Of a DNA stretch of 64,000 nucleotides, positions 19,384-29,094 are shown piece by piece. Position 1 is the stretch's first letter. Each line of letters starts with the position of its first letter. The notes below the pieces were generated by a model that was not told the origin of the DNA, did not search any database, and saw only the letters and a program-made list of their open reading frames with translations. Source of the stretch: Candidatus Xenobia bacterium (GTDB lineage Bacteria > Vulcanimicrobiota > Xenobia > Xenobiales > QWHO01); contig BTUM01000015.1 in assembly GCA_045863235.1 (NCBI GenBank), positions 54,254 to 118,253 of the forward strand, read 5' to 3'. Both the position numbers and the translations under genes were made by a program.

Positions 19384-21546
19384 ATGGACCTCACCCCCGT
19401 CCGTCTGTCCGGTCTGCCCGTCGCCCGCCCTCAGGGCACGGTGGCTTCGTCCCTGCCCGTGGGAAACCCCGACCAGGTGGCCCCGGCGCGCACTCTTGAG
19501 AAGCTGGGCAAGCCCCGAGCGGCTCGGCCCTCCTGGCTGCGCCGTCTGGCCGGGGCTGCCGTCTGGACGGCCGTGGGCGTCAGTCTGGCGGCCGGCTCGC
19601 TGGGGGTCATCGGGTATGTGGGCAATCCGGCTCTGCGGGAGCAGCCGGCCGTGTCGGTGCTGGCAGATCAGAATCCGGCAGCCACCCCCACCACTCCCGG
19701 GCCGGCCCCGCGGCCACTCCCGCCGCCTTCGATGCGCGTGGCCGTCGACCGCGTGGCGGTGGTGATCCCCGGCTCCACCCTCTCGCGCATCGCCGGCCAG
19801 GCCCAGCAGAGCCCGCTGGCCCACAAGTTCTTGCAGGAGCGTGCCCTGGAGGCTCAGCAGTCGCTCAGCCAGGTGTTGTCCGAGCAGCAGGCTCCCGAGG
19901 GCCACATTTTGCTCGACGCCCGCCTGCCTCTCCCTACCGGCGAGCGCGCCTTTTTCCACGTGGGGCCGGTGAATCTGCCCTCGCTGGGGGTCAGCAACTT
20001 CGAGTTTCGGGAGGTTCCCCTGGTGGTCGGCTACCGGGTCAGCCCGCTGGCGCCATCCCTCAAGGTGGGGCTGGAGACCTTCCAGGCCGAGGCTCCTCCG
20101 CGCCCCGCCTCGCTGGGGGCGGAAGGAGTCTACCTGGGCTCGGTGCGCGTTTCGGTGAGCCCCCGGCAGAGCAGCCTGCCGGTGGAGGGCAGCCTCAGCT
20201 TGAGCCTGGATCAGGATGGCTCGGCCCTGCGAGAGCAACTCGGCGAGTTGCAGGGCAAACTGAAGGCGGTTGCGCCGGGGTCGCCCCGGGCGCTCCAGCT
20301 CGAGAAGCTGATCGCTCGTCACCAGCACCTGCTCGAGCAGGGTCGTAGCCTGCCCGACCGCGAGCTGGTGCGAGCCGCCTTCGGAGATCAGCAAGTGGCC
20401 TTCAAGGCCAGCCTCGAGGCCGGTCCGGATGCCCTGGCGCGGGCCACCTACCACGTCTGGATGGGGCGGGACGTGACCGGGGACGGTCGCTCCGACCTGC
20501 ATCTCACCAGCGAAAATGACTTTAGCCGTCTGGAAGGGCTCAAGGTCGAGCTCCACGAGTTGCACGGCCAGGGTCAGCGACCCGACGGCTTCCTGCCCGG
20601 CCTGGTTCACGAGCAGGTCGAGAAAGCCTTTACCCAGGCGATTCGAAAGGCGCTTCCGGACGCAACCGACAGTCTCCGCCGGGCCGCCATCGAGCGGCTG
20701 GGAGCCGAGCTCGAGAAGGGCAACCCCTGGGTGGCCGAGCAGGGCAACCAGGCCCTGGCCCGCGGTTACGCCGAAGGGGTGGAGATGCAGGTGCCACCCC
20801 TGGCCGGAACGGGCGGAAGGGAGCTGCACTATGGCGTGGGCAAGGTACAGGTTGGGGCTCAGGGGATGCTGGTGGAGATGGGTGCGCCTTCCAAGGCCAG
20901 CCAGCAGGAGGTGAGCCTGCCCTTCAGCCTCAAGCCGGGCGAGGTCGGCTTGCGTCTGCCGGGTGAGGAGCTGAATGCGCGCCTGCGCGACACGATCGAC
21001 TGGCAGAGCCTGCTCAACCAGATGCGGAAGGCGCAGGGACTGAAGGAGCTGAGCTTCGGGCCGGGCGGCCAGCCTCGCTTCATCTATGACCGGACCAGCG
21101 GCAAGCCGGCCATCACCTTCGACATTCGGGCCAGAAGCGAGGGGGCCGTCTTCTTCGATGCCAAGGTCAATACGGGCGTGGTGGTGCCGCTCGAGCTGAA
21201 GGCCCACCAGGGAAAGCTTGAAGTCAAGCCTGTCGCCGACGGAGTGCGGATGACCAATCCGAAAGAGCCGCTGCCTTTCGATCCGACCGATCTGTTGCCC
21301 ACTCGACTGCTGTCCAACCTGATCGCCAGTATCGTGGCCCAGTCACAGGCTTCCAACAGTCTGGCCGGTCAGTTGAAGAATGGCTTGAGCGTCAGCCTGG
21401 AGGATAAGGGGCTGGATTTTCTGGAGGTCAGCGCCCAGCCCAGGGGCCAGGGCGCTCCCGACCTGGCTGTCAAGCTGAAATCGTCTCGGGAAACCTCCGA
21501 GTTCTTGTTGCGGACGATGCTGGAAGGGGTTAAAACAACCCGCTGA
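19384..21546 (+). CDS. Large orphan protein (720 aa) with disordered N-terminus and single TM anchor
   Basis: Long ORF with typical codon bias; TM at about aa 55-80. Confidence 0.8.
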   Translation: MDLTPVRLSGLPVARPQGTVASSLPVGNPDQVAPARTLEKLGKPRAARPSWLRRLAGAAVWTAVGVSLAAGSLGVIGYVGNPALREQPAVSVLADQNPAATPTTPGPAPRPLPPPSMRVAVDRVAVVIPGSTLSRIAGQAQQSPLAHKFLQERALEAQQSLSQVLSEQQAPEGHILLDARLPLPTGERAFFHVGPVNLPSLGVSNFEFREVPLVVGYRVSPLAPSLKVGLETFQAEAPPRPASLGAEGVYLGSVRVSVSPRQSSLPVEGSLSLSLDQDGSALREQLGELQGKLKAVAPGSPRALQLEKLIARHQHLLEQGRSLPDRELVRAAFGDQQVAFKASLEAGPDALARATYHVWMGRDVTGDGRSDLHLTSENDFSRLEGLKVELHELHGQGQRPDGFLPGLVHEQVEKAFTQAIRKALPDATDSLRRAAIERLGAELEKGNPWVAEQGNQALARGYAEGVEMQVPPLAGTGGRELHYGVGKVQVGAQGMLVEMGAPSKASQQEVSLPFSLKPGEVGLRLPGEELNARLRDTIDWQSLLNQMRKAQGLKELSFGPGGQPRFIYDRTSGKPAITFDIRARSEGAVFFDAKVNTGVVVPLELKAHQGKLEVKPVADGVRMTNPKEPLPFDPTDLLPTRLLSNLIASIVAQSQASNSLAGQLKNGLSVSLEDKGLDFLEVSAQPRGQGAPDLAVKLKSSRETSEFLLRTMLEGVKTTR

Positions 21547-23146
21547 TGCGCCCTCTCTCGTCCACGTCGATGGCCAGGGCCGAAGGCTTCTTGGGCAGAC
21601 CCGGCATGGTCATGATCGAGCCCGTGTAGATTACCACGAAGCCCGCCCCGGCGGAGACCCGGGCCCCGTTGACGCTGATCTTGAAGCCCCGCGGCCGTCC
21701 GCTCAAAGCCGGATTGTCCGACAGCGAGGCCGGGGTCTTGGCGACGCAAACCGGCAGCTGGCCGTAGCCCAGCTCCTCGATGCGCTTGAGCTGGCGCTGG
21801 GCCAGCGAGCTGAAATCGACTCCGTCCGCCCCGTAGAGTCGGGTGGCCAGCAGCTCGACTTTGGCCGCCAGGGGGAGGTCGAGCTCGTAGAGGAAACGGA
21901 ACTGCGAGGGCTGCTCGCAGGCTCGGACCACCTGCTCGGCCAGCTCGGTTCCACCTGCCCCCCCCTTCTCGCGAAAGTCGGTGACGACGGCCACAGCCCC
22001 CAGATCGGCACACTCTCTTTGCAGGTGGGCCACCTGCTCGTCAGTGTCATCCAGGAAGCGGTTGATCGAGATTAGCACAGGAATGCCGTAGCCGCTCAGG
22101 TTCTCGACGTGCTTTTGCACGTTCTCGATGCCGTGCAGCTCGTGGGCCCGGCGGGTGACCACCAGCACGGCCGCCGATGGGGTGAGCCGGCCGGCCCGGC
22201 ACTTGATGTGCATGAACTTCTCGGCCCCCAGGTCGGCCCCGAAGCCGGCCTCGGTCACCACGTAGTTGGCCAGCTTGCGGGCCAGCCGCGTGGCGATCAG
22301 GGTGTTGCAGCCGTGGGCGATGTTGGCGAAGGGGCCCCCGTGCACGAAGACGGGCGTGCCTTCGATGGTCTGCACCAGATTGGGGTGGATGGCGTGCTTC
22401 ATGAGCGCCGCCATGGCTCCCTGCACCCCGAGCTGGGCGGCAAAAACTGGCTTCTTGAGTGAGTCGTAGCCCAGAATGATGCGGCCGATCCGCTCCTTGA
22501 GCTCGGCCAGGCTGTTGGACAACCCCCAGATAGCCATGATCTCGGAGGCGGCCGTGATCTCGAAGCCGTCTTCTCGCAGCACGCCGTTGACCCCGTTGCC
22601 CTCCAGGCCGATCAGGATGGAGCGCAGGGCGCGGTCATTCATGTCCATCACCCGCTTCCAGACCACGTTGCGCGGGTCGATAGCGGGCTCGGACCGCTGG
22701 TGGAGATGGTTGTCAAGCACGGCCGAAAGCAGGTTGTGGGTGGTCGAGACGGCGTGGATGTCGCCCGTGAAGTGGAGGTTGATCTCCTCCATGGGCAGCA
22801 CCTGCGACCAGCCGCCCCCCGCCGCCCCGCCCTTGACGCCCATGCACGGGCCCAGCGAGGGCTCGCGGATGGCCGCCATGGTCTTCTTGCCGATCTTGCT
22901 CAGGGCCTGGGCCAGCCCGATGGTGTTGGTGGTCTTCCCCTCGCCGGCGCTGGTGGGGGTCATGGCGCTGACCAGGATCAGCTTGCCATCGGGCCGGTCG
23001 GCCAGCTCGTCGAGCAGGGTCACGGGTATCTTGGCGATGTGGTGGCCGTAGGGAAGGATGCGCTCGGCCGAAAGACCCAGCCGCTCGGCGATCTCGAGGA
23101 TGGGCCGGGGCTCGACCGATTGGGCGATGTCGATGTCCGTTCTCAC
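21530..23146 (-). CDS. fhs: Formate--tetrahydrofolate ligase
   Basis: TPTSAGEGKTT, REPSLGP..GVKGGAAGGG, INLHFTGD, HGGPFANIAHG, IMTMPGLP. Confidence 0.97.
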   Translation of the reverse strand: MRTDIDIAQSVEPRPILEIAERLGLSAERILPYGHHIAKIPVTLLDELADRPDGKLILVSAMTPTSAGEGKTTNTIGLAQALSKIGKKTMAAIREPSLGPCMGVKGGAAGGGWSQVLPMEEINLHFTGDIHAVSTTHNLLSAVLDNHLHQRSEPAIDPRNVVWKRVMDMNDRALRSILIGLEGNGVNGVLREDGFEITAASEIMAIWGLSNSLAELKERIGRIILGYDSLKKPVFAAQLGVQGAMAALMKHAIHPNLVQTIEGTPVFVHGGPFANIAHGCNTLIATRLARKLANYVVTEAGFGADLGAEKFMHIKCRAGRLTPSAAVLVVTRRAHELHGIENVQKHVENLSGYGIPVLISINRFLDDTDEQVAHLQRECADLGAVAVVTDFREKGGAGGTELAEQVVRACEQPSQFRFLYELDLPLAAKVELLATRLYGADGVDFSSLAQRQLKRIEELGYGQLPVCVAKTPASLSDNPALSGRPRGFKISVNGARVSAGAGFVVIYTGSIMTMPGLPKKPSALAIDVDERGRISGLF

Positions 23147-24243
23147 GGCGAACGCAGCTCCCCGAAGCCGGCCAGCAGTCCGCTCAGGCTCTCGCGGCTG
23201 AGCACGTGCGAGTTGAGCAGCTCGAGCAGCAACCGCATGTCGAGCTCCAGGCGCAAACCCAGAGGCCAGCTGTCCCCGGGCTCGTCGGATAGAACCAGCA
23301 CGTGGGCTGCGTCCAGTCCCTGTTGGGCCAGAAAGTCGGCCGGGGAAGGGGGAAGTCGAACCTGCCCCGTCAGGGTCTGCGAGTCGTCGTCCACCGCCAG
23401 GACCCCGCCCCGGGCCGCTTCCAGGCCGAGGCGCTCGCGCAGCACCTCGGCAAAAGGAGTGAAGGCCTGACTCAGCAGCATGGTGCCAAAGCCCATGCGC
23501 CTGAGACTCTGGATCAATTCGGCGCTGTCGCGCGACACGTGCAGGCTGGACACGACTTGCTCCAGGGCCGCCAGCGGTAACCCCTCCAACCGGCCGGCAG
23601 CGGCCAGCAGGCTGTTCGGGATGTCTTGCAGGCGGGCCTGCTCGCGCACTTCGGCCAGCTCCGGACGAGCGAGCAGGCTGCCCTTGAGGTGCAGCAGAAG
23701 GGTGCGCGGACGCGGATTGAAGACGTTGCGACGCTGGAACATGGTGGCGATCCCCATGGCCGCCATGTGCTCCTTGACCGTGCTCTCGAGGTTCTCGGGC
23801 GGCAGAGAGGAGTGGCTTACGTCGGTCATCAGCTCCATCAAGAAGATGCCCTCGCGGGCGATCATCCGCGAGAACTCGATGTTGATCTTGTGGGCGCTCA
23901 GGTCACGCGATACGGTGGCGATGATGCCCGGCCGATCGCGTCCGAGCAACGTGAGTCGCAGATTGCGCGATTCGCTCGGGCGAGCAGAGGGTACGTAGCG
24001 CGAGACGTGCAGGTCGAGCCCGGTATCCTCGCTGATCCGGGCCACCAGGGCCTTGAGCTGCTCCAGACGTAGCTCGGTAGCGCTGGCGTCCACCACCAGG
24101 TAGACGGTGAAGAGCCCGTGCAGCGAGTCCTGGCGCAGGTCGATCAGGTTGGCGCCCAGCTCCGCCAGGGGAGCGGCCATGCGCTCCACCAGTCCTACCG
24201 CGTCATTGCCGGCGCCATAGACAGCATACAGCTTGTCGTTCAT
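23143..24243 (-). CDS. SerB-like ACT-ACT-HAD protein with degenerate catalytic motifs
   Basis: Two ACT domains (GNDAVGLV, GRDRPGII); HAD motif I reads LLHLKGSL instead of FDxDSTL. Confidence 0.75.
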   Translation of the reverse strand: MNDKLYAVYGAGNDAVGLVERMAAPLAELGANLIDLRQDSLHGLFTVYLVVDASATELRLEQLKALVARISEDTGLDLHVSRYVPSARPSESRNLRLTLLGRDRPGIIATVSRDLSAHKINIEFSRMIAREGIFLMELMTDVSHSSLPPENLESTVKEHMAAMGIATMFQRRNVFNPRPRTLLLHLKGSLLARPELAEVREQARLQDIPNSLLAAAGRLEGLPLAALEQVVSSLHVSRDSAELIQSLRRMGFGTMLLSQAFTPFAEVLRERLGLEAARGGVLAVDDDSQTLTGQVRLPPSPADFLAQQGLDAAHVLVLSDEPGDSWPLGLRLELDMRLLLELLNSHVLSRESLSGLLAGFGELRSP

Positions 24244-24293
24244 AGTCCCTCCCGAGCCTGGCTTCGACTCGGCCTTCGCCGCCCGACGGCAGC

Positions 24294-24330
24294 TTGCCCT
24301 CTCCTGATAGATAGTGTATAATAAACACGA
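24294..24330 (+). promoter_or_regulatory. Sigma70 promoter (TTGCCC-N17-TATAAT) overlapped by NrtR-like operator GTGT-ATAATAA-ACAC
   Basis: AT-rich island with inverted repeat GT-N7-AC upstream of an ADP-ribose enzyme gene. Confidence 0.6.
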
Positions 24331-24348
24331 AATCAAAAGGGAGGTTGC

Positions 24349-26199
24349 TTGAACGTGATCTTCGACCACTTGATGCAGACAGGCTGGATGCCCTTGAAGG
24401 ACACTCCCCCCGTTCCGCGGCCCCTGCTGCCCGACCCCGACCGCCTGCGGGGAATGTTGTGGGGGCTGTACCTGGGTGACGCGCTGGGAAATCCCAGCGA
24501 GAGCCAGCCCCCCCTGACTCGGAGAGCTCGCTTCGGTCAGTTGCACACTTTTCTCGGCGAGCGCGGCCGAGCTTCCGACGACAGCCAGCTGGCCTTCTGG
24601 ACCCTCGAGCACCTGCTCGAGAATGAGCGCATCAAGCCCCAGAAGCTGGCTGTGCGTTTCGCCAGTGAGCCCGTCAGCGGGTTGGGACGCTCGCTGACCA
24701 GGTTTCTGGAAGGCATCAGCCGGGGGCTCCCGTGGCACGAGTGCTCGGTGGAGTCGCTGGGCAACGGCGCCTTGATGCGTATCGCCCCGGTGCTGTTGCC
24801 ATTCCTGAGCCAGCCCCAGAACTTGTGGCCCAGCGTGGCCCTGGCCGCCGCGATGACCCACCGCCAGGGCGGATCGGTGGCCGCCTGCCTGGCCTACGTC
24901 GAGCTGCTGCACGGTTTACTGGAAGACCCCGATAGCCTCTCCTGCCAGCGCTTCCTGGCAACGATGGAGCGCTGCGAGCCGGACGGCCGGCTCGCCCGGT
25001 CCACTCGGCGCGCCTTCGAGGAGGCCGAGGCTCGCTCCATCCCGGTGCTGGAGATCCCTTCGGGGGCGTCTCTGGTCGAAACCCTGCCCGCCCTGCTGCT
25101 TCTGCTCGAGCGCCACGGCCACGAGAGCGAGGAGGCTGTTCTGCGGGCCGTCAACGATACCTATGACAACGACACTCTGGGCGCCCTGGTGGGAGCGGCC
25201 ATGGGGGCTCGTTACGGCCTTTCGGCCTTTCCCCGGCGCTGGCTGGAGGCCCTCGAGCCTCGTGTCAGCCCGGGCTCGACGCCGGTGGCCGAGTTGATCG
25301 ACCGGGCCAGCTCGCGCTGGGGAGGCCCGGCCAGACGCTCGCGACCGAGCCCATGGCAGCGCGTGCGCGATCGCCTGGGGAGCCTGCGGCTCGGCCCCCC
25401 GACCAGCTTTGGAGAGCTTCATCTCGTGCCCCTCCTGGGCGAGTCACTGGAGCTGGAGGTCGAGCTGCTGGGGAGAGCCTCGCGCGTTCGGATCAGCGAG
25501 CTGGACGCCGTGAACGAGCTGCAGGCCGTCAATGGTGGCCCTCGACCGGTGCTCTTGCTGGAAGGCGAAGAGCTGGTCGGAGGAAGGCAGAACCGGATGC
25601 TGAGCAATCACGTTCTGATCGCCCCCAACCAGACAGTGAGGCTCTCCGTGAGCTGCGTGGAGCGGGGTCGCTGGGCTTTCAACGGCACGCGACGGGGCTT
25701 TCAACCCAGCGGTCGGCTGGCTCCGGCCACGCTCCGATCGCAGGATCAACAGCAGGTCTGGCAAGGGGTGCAAACTCGGCTGCGCCAGACCCGAACCCGT
25801 TCGAGCACCGAGGCTCTCTCGGCGGCATTCGACACACAGGAGTCTGCACTGGAGCGGCTGCGACGCGAACTCAGGCCACTCACCGGCCAGGTGGGGATGG
25901 TTGCCCTGCTGGGCGACTCGGTGATCTCCCTGGAGCTCCTGGCTTCGCACGAGCTCTATCGGAGCGCTCACGACAAGCTGCTGGCGGCCCTGGCCCTGGA
26001 GGCCACCACCCGACCGCGCCGGGCACTGGGGGAGGGGAGGCGTTCCGTGGCGGCTCGCTTTCTGACCCGGCTTCGCTGTGTGGACAACCCTGAGCGGCGC
26101 GGCTCGGCGCTGCGCTTTCAAACGCGCGAGTTGCGAGGGAACGCTTTGCTTTATCGCAACGCGCCCCTTTGCCTGTCCGCCTTCCCGGTTCAGCGGTAG
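24349..26199 (+). CDS. ADP-ribosylglycohydrolase (DraG/ARH) fused to ARPP-1/DUF6569-like domain
   Basis: GDALG, SDDSQ, GNGALMR, THR, DNDTLGALVGA; C-terminal N..RPVLLLEGEELVGGRQNR..VSCVERGRW. Confidence 0.82.
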   Translation: MNVIFDHLMQTGWMPLKDTPPVPRPLLPDPDRLRGMLWGLYLGDALGNPSESQPPLTRRARFGQLHTFLGERGRASDDSQLAFWTLEHLLENERIKPQKLAVRFASEPVSGLGRSLTRFLEGISRGLPWHECSVESLGNGALMRIAPVLLPFLSQPQNLWPSVALAAAMTHRQGGSVAACLAYVELLHGLLEDPDSLSCQRFLATMERCEPDGRLARSTRRAFEEAEARSIPVLEIPSGASLVETLPALLLLLERHGHESEEAVLRAVNDTYDNDTLGALVGAAMGARYGLSAFPRRWLEALEPRVSPGSTPVAELIDRASSRWGGPARRSRPSPWQRVRDRLGSLRLGPPTSFGELHLVPLLGESLELEVELLGRASRVRISELDAVNELQAVNGGPRPVLLLEGEELVGGRQNRMLSNHVLIAPNQTVRLSVSCVERGRWAFNGTRRGFQPSGRLAPATLRSQDQQQVWQGVQTRLRQTRTRSSTEALSAAFDTQESALERLRRELRPLTGQVGMVALLGDSVISLELLASHELYRSAHDKLLAALALEATTRPRRALGEGRRSVAARFLTRLRCVDNPERRGSALRFQTRELRGNALLYRNAPLCLSAFPVQR

Positions 26200-26329
26200 G
26201 AGAAGCGGCCGAAATCCCTCGGCCGGCAGATCAAGGGAGGACCGGCTGCAGGCTTCTGGGTCGTGCGGCCGGTCCTCCAGGTAGCACACCGACAGAGGGT
26301 TGCCGGCGCGGACATCCAAAACCATCCGC

Positions 26330-26890
26330 GTGAGTCTCGATCTGTTCGGATTGGTCACCAGCCTGGCCCTGCTCGTGGCGCTCGGCATGGTGCTCGGCAA
26401 GCGTCGGCGCCAGAAGGTCTCGGGCCCCTCGGCCCGGGAAATCCCGGTGCGGCGCCTCACAAGCGTCGACATCGAGCGCAGCTTTCGCCCCACCGGCAAG
26501 ACCGGAGAGCTGCTCTTTGCCCGCAGCGAGGATGGCTCCAAACAGGTGACGGCACGCTGGACCGAGTACGCGGCCGAAGGCCTGACCCAGATGCTGGTCG
26601 CCTTTGTCTACCAGGGAAGGGATCTGCGCCTGAGCGAGGAGATCAGCGACACGGTGGCCAGCCCGGCCTGGACCCACAAGGCGGAGAACCTCACCCGGGT
26701 GTGCGCCACCGACGTGATCCGCGAGGTGCAGCGTTGTGGACCCTACACCCTGCGTCTTTCGCGCGATCTGTGGATCGCCGAGCGCAAGAGTGATGCCCGC
26801 TCGGGAGAAGCAGTCGAGTCAGCCCTGGTGCGCTTCTACCTCGACGGGCGCCAGGCCACCTACGTGCGCTCGCACGCCGTCAAGAACTGA
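26330..26890 (+). CDS. Hypothetical protein with N-terminal TM anchor
   Basis: Hydrophobic segment followed by KRRRQK; start uncertain. Confidence 0.6.
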   Translation: MSLDLFGLVTSLALLVALGMVLGKRRRQKVSGPSAREIPVRRLTSVDIERSFRPTGKTGELLFARSEDGSKQVTARWTEYAAEGLTQMLVAFVYQGRDLRLSEEISDTVASPAWTHKAENLTRVCATDVIREVQRCGPYTLRLSRDLWIAERKSDARSGEAVESALVRFYLDGRQATYVRSHAVKN

Positions 26891-26894
26891 GGGG

Positions 26895-26963
26895 TTACTT
26901 GCGAACGTGGGTGATGCGAATCCAAAGAGAGCCAGCAAGTTGCGGCGGAGGATAGTTGCTCAT
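26895..26963 (-). CDS. Putative 22-aa small ORF MSNYPPPQLAGSLWIRITHVRK
   Basis: AAGGA upstream; Box B and TATCCT -10 upstream in the same orientation. Confidence 0.3.
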   Translation of the reverse strand: MSNYPPPQLAGSLWIRITHVRK

Positions 26964-27132
26964 GGCTTGTCCGTCCTTTAGCTGAAGGTTGTTGCTCTCA
27001 GGATAGGTGCCATGAAGGGCGGAGGATGGGTGTGCGATGTTAACGGCTTGTTGCTAATATGAACTTCATGTAAACGATTGTCCTGCGATTCACCGCAGGG
27101 AAGACCCGGTCCATCCTGCGAAGGGACATCGA

Positions 27133-27996
27133 ATGATTCAGTACGAGCTTGGCAGCGGACAACCCTTCCTTCGCCCCCAGGCCCCCTCGGGTCGGTTTCA
27201 GTGGGCTCGCGGGGGCACCTACGCCTGGGTGAGTCGGCACGATGGGATCGGGGGCGAGGTGCCCTTCCTGGCCGAGGTCGAGCCCTCTCGCCAGGCCTAT
27301 TCGCCCTCGCCCCGGCTGCACCGGACTTTCGCGGCCCTGGCCAATCACAATCCGGCCCGCACTCTGGAAGCCATCCAGAAGTTCGCTGATCGCTACGGTC
27401 CGCTGGGCGTGGCTCAACTCATCCCCCCCGACCCCCGGGTGGGCCGGTTCGCGCCATTTCTTCCCCGTCACGCGGGTCAGGCCCTGGCCGAGCCGCTGGG
27501 ACGCTGGTGGCGCCAGGCCCGGGAGATGCGCAACCTGCTCGGGCTCCTCGAGGCGGTAGCCCATCCCGAGCGGCTCTCCCCGTTGGTGCGCTGGGGGCAG
27601 ATGAGCTACCATCCGGCCGGCACCACCATCAGAGGTGAGCAGAATCGCGCCTTCCTGTGCGTGCGCCACAGCGCTTTCAAGCCCCCCGCAGAGGCCTTCA
27701 GTCTGCAGGAGACGGACTGTGACCTGATTGAGGGCGAGTTCGCCCGGCGCGACAATCTCGAGGCCGTGCTGGTCTACCTCGCCGGCCAGCTCGACACGGC
27801 CCTTTCGCAGTGGGTGGAGGTCCGGGCCAGCTTCTCTGGCGGGAAGTTGCACGTGCAGCGCTGGCCCCGCAACCTGCTGGGCTGGTTGTGGCTGGGGCTG
27901 GCCGACGAGCTGGCCGCTACCCTGCCCACCGCCCGCCCCTGCAATCGCTGCGGCTCTCTGACGATGGGGCGCGGCCATAAGTGCCTCAATCCTTGA
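27133..27996 (+). CDS. Hypothetical protein with C-terminal CxxC zinc-knuckle-like end
   Basis: AAGGGA RBS; FADRYGPLG motif; RPCNRCG..HKC terminus. Confidence 0.65.
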   Translation: MIQYELGSGQPFLRPQAPSGRFQWARGGTYAWVSRHDGIGGEVPFLAEVEPSRQAYSPSPRLHRTFAALANHNPARTLEAIQKFADRYGPLGVAQLIPPDPRVGRFAPFLPRHAGQALAEPLGRWWRQAREMRNLLGLLEAVAHPERLSPLVRWGQMSYHPAGTTIRGEQNRAFLCVRHSAFKPPAEAFSLQETDCDLIEGEFARRDNLEAVLVYLAGQLDTALSQWVEVRASFSGGKLHVQRWPRNLLGWLWLGLADELAATLPTARPCNRCGSLTMGRGHKCLNP

Positions 27997-28399
27997 GGGC
28001 AGCTGCGATCCGTTCGGCCACCTCGACCATATGGGCTTCATCGCGATAAGGCTGGCGAGGCCAGAAGAAGCCTTTCATTCCGTCCCCCTTGCTGCGAGGA
28101 ACCACGTGCACGTGCAGGTGAGGCACGCTCTGGCTGACCTTGTTGTTCAGGGCCACAAAGCTGCCCTGAGCCGAGAGCGCCGTGGGGACCACCTGGCTCA
28201 GACGACGGACCAGCCCGAACAGATCGGGTAGCTTCTCAGGAGGGAGGTCGCTCAGGGTCTCGTGATGCTCCGACGGCACCACCAGCACGTGCCCCGGAAA
28301 GAGCGGCCGGTGATCCAGGAAGGCCACCAGGCCCGAGTCTCGGTAGACCTCCCGGGCCGCCAGGCGGCCGGCCACAATGTCACAGAAGACGCACTTCAA
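27986..28399 (-). CDS. HIT-family nucleotide hydrolase
   Basis: CVFCDI, PGHVLVVP, QSVPHLHVHVVPR histidine triad. Confidence 0.93.
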   Translation of the reverse strand: MKCVFCDIVAGRLAAREVYRDSGLVAFLDHRPLFPGHVLVVPSEHHETLSDLPPEKLPDLFGLVRRLSQVVPTALSAQGSFVALNNKVSQSVPHLHVHVVPRSKGDGMKGFFWPRQPYRDEAHMVEVAERIAAALKD

Positions 28400-29040
28400 T
28401 TGGGCGAGACGCTGATGCTATCGCGCCACTTCACGTACCACTGGGCCAGCTTGAGCCACTCGGCCAGGTTGCCGCTGGCATCGGCGGCAAAGACGCGCTT
28501 TTGGAAGTCGATGAACTGGGGAGCGGTGATCACCAGGCGGCGCTGGGGCTTGCCATGGAAGCCATGAATGACCAGCCACTGCTTGTTCACGTAAAGGATG
28601 GTCAACTCTACGTCGGGTTTGCCCTCGGGATCGAGCAGCGCTTCTTGCCAGTGATGGTCGACCCGGAGAATGCGGTTGAAGGCCGGGTTCTTCAGGATGG
28701 GCATCTCAAGGGCCGCCTTCAGACATGGCTCGAGCAGATACTTGACGATCCGATACTCCTCCTCGGCGTCGATCTTGTCGTCTGAGAAGGCCCCGGCCAG
28801 CCACTCGAGGTTCTCGCTCTGCAGGGGAATGATGACGTTGGTCTTCTTGTCCTTCAGGCCTTCATGCACCTCGAGCTTGTCGCCCTTGTGCTCGATGGTA
28901 AACTGCTCCCGGGTGTCCAGGACGTTCAGGTGGGCCCGCTTGACCACGCCTCGGAACCACTCGACCGCGGAAGGGCGTTGGGCAACCGATTGGAGATACT
29001 CGAAATTCTTGCTCACAGTGCCGGCAAAGTTCGTAGCCAT
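28396..29040 (-). CDS. Conserved hypothetical protein
   Basis: MATNFAG start; globular; TTGA overlap with HIT gene. Confidence 0.72.
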   Translation of the reverse strand: MATNFAGTVSKNFEYLQSVAQRPSAVEWFRGVVKRAHLNVLDTREQFTIEHKGDKLEVHEGLKDKKTNVIIPLQSENLEWLAGAFSDDKIDAEEEYRIVKYLLEPCLKAALEMPILKNPAFNRILRVDHHWQEALLDPEGKPDVELTILYVNKQWLVIHGFHGKPQRRLVITAPQFIDFQKRVFAADASGNLAEWLKLAQWYVKWRDSISVSPN

Positions 29041-29094
29041 CCGAGGAGAAATCCTGCGTCGGACGTCGAATCCGTCCACATGGTCCAAAGCCGC

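Noticed and set aside
23143..24243. Calling the SerB-like gene a pseudogene or serB
   Set aside because: ORF is intact and coupled to fhs, but catalytic residues are missing, so neither label fits
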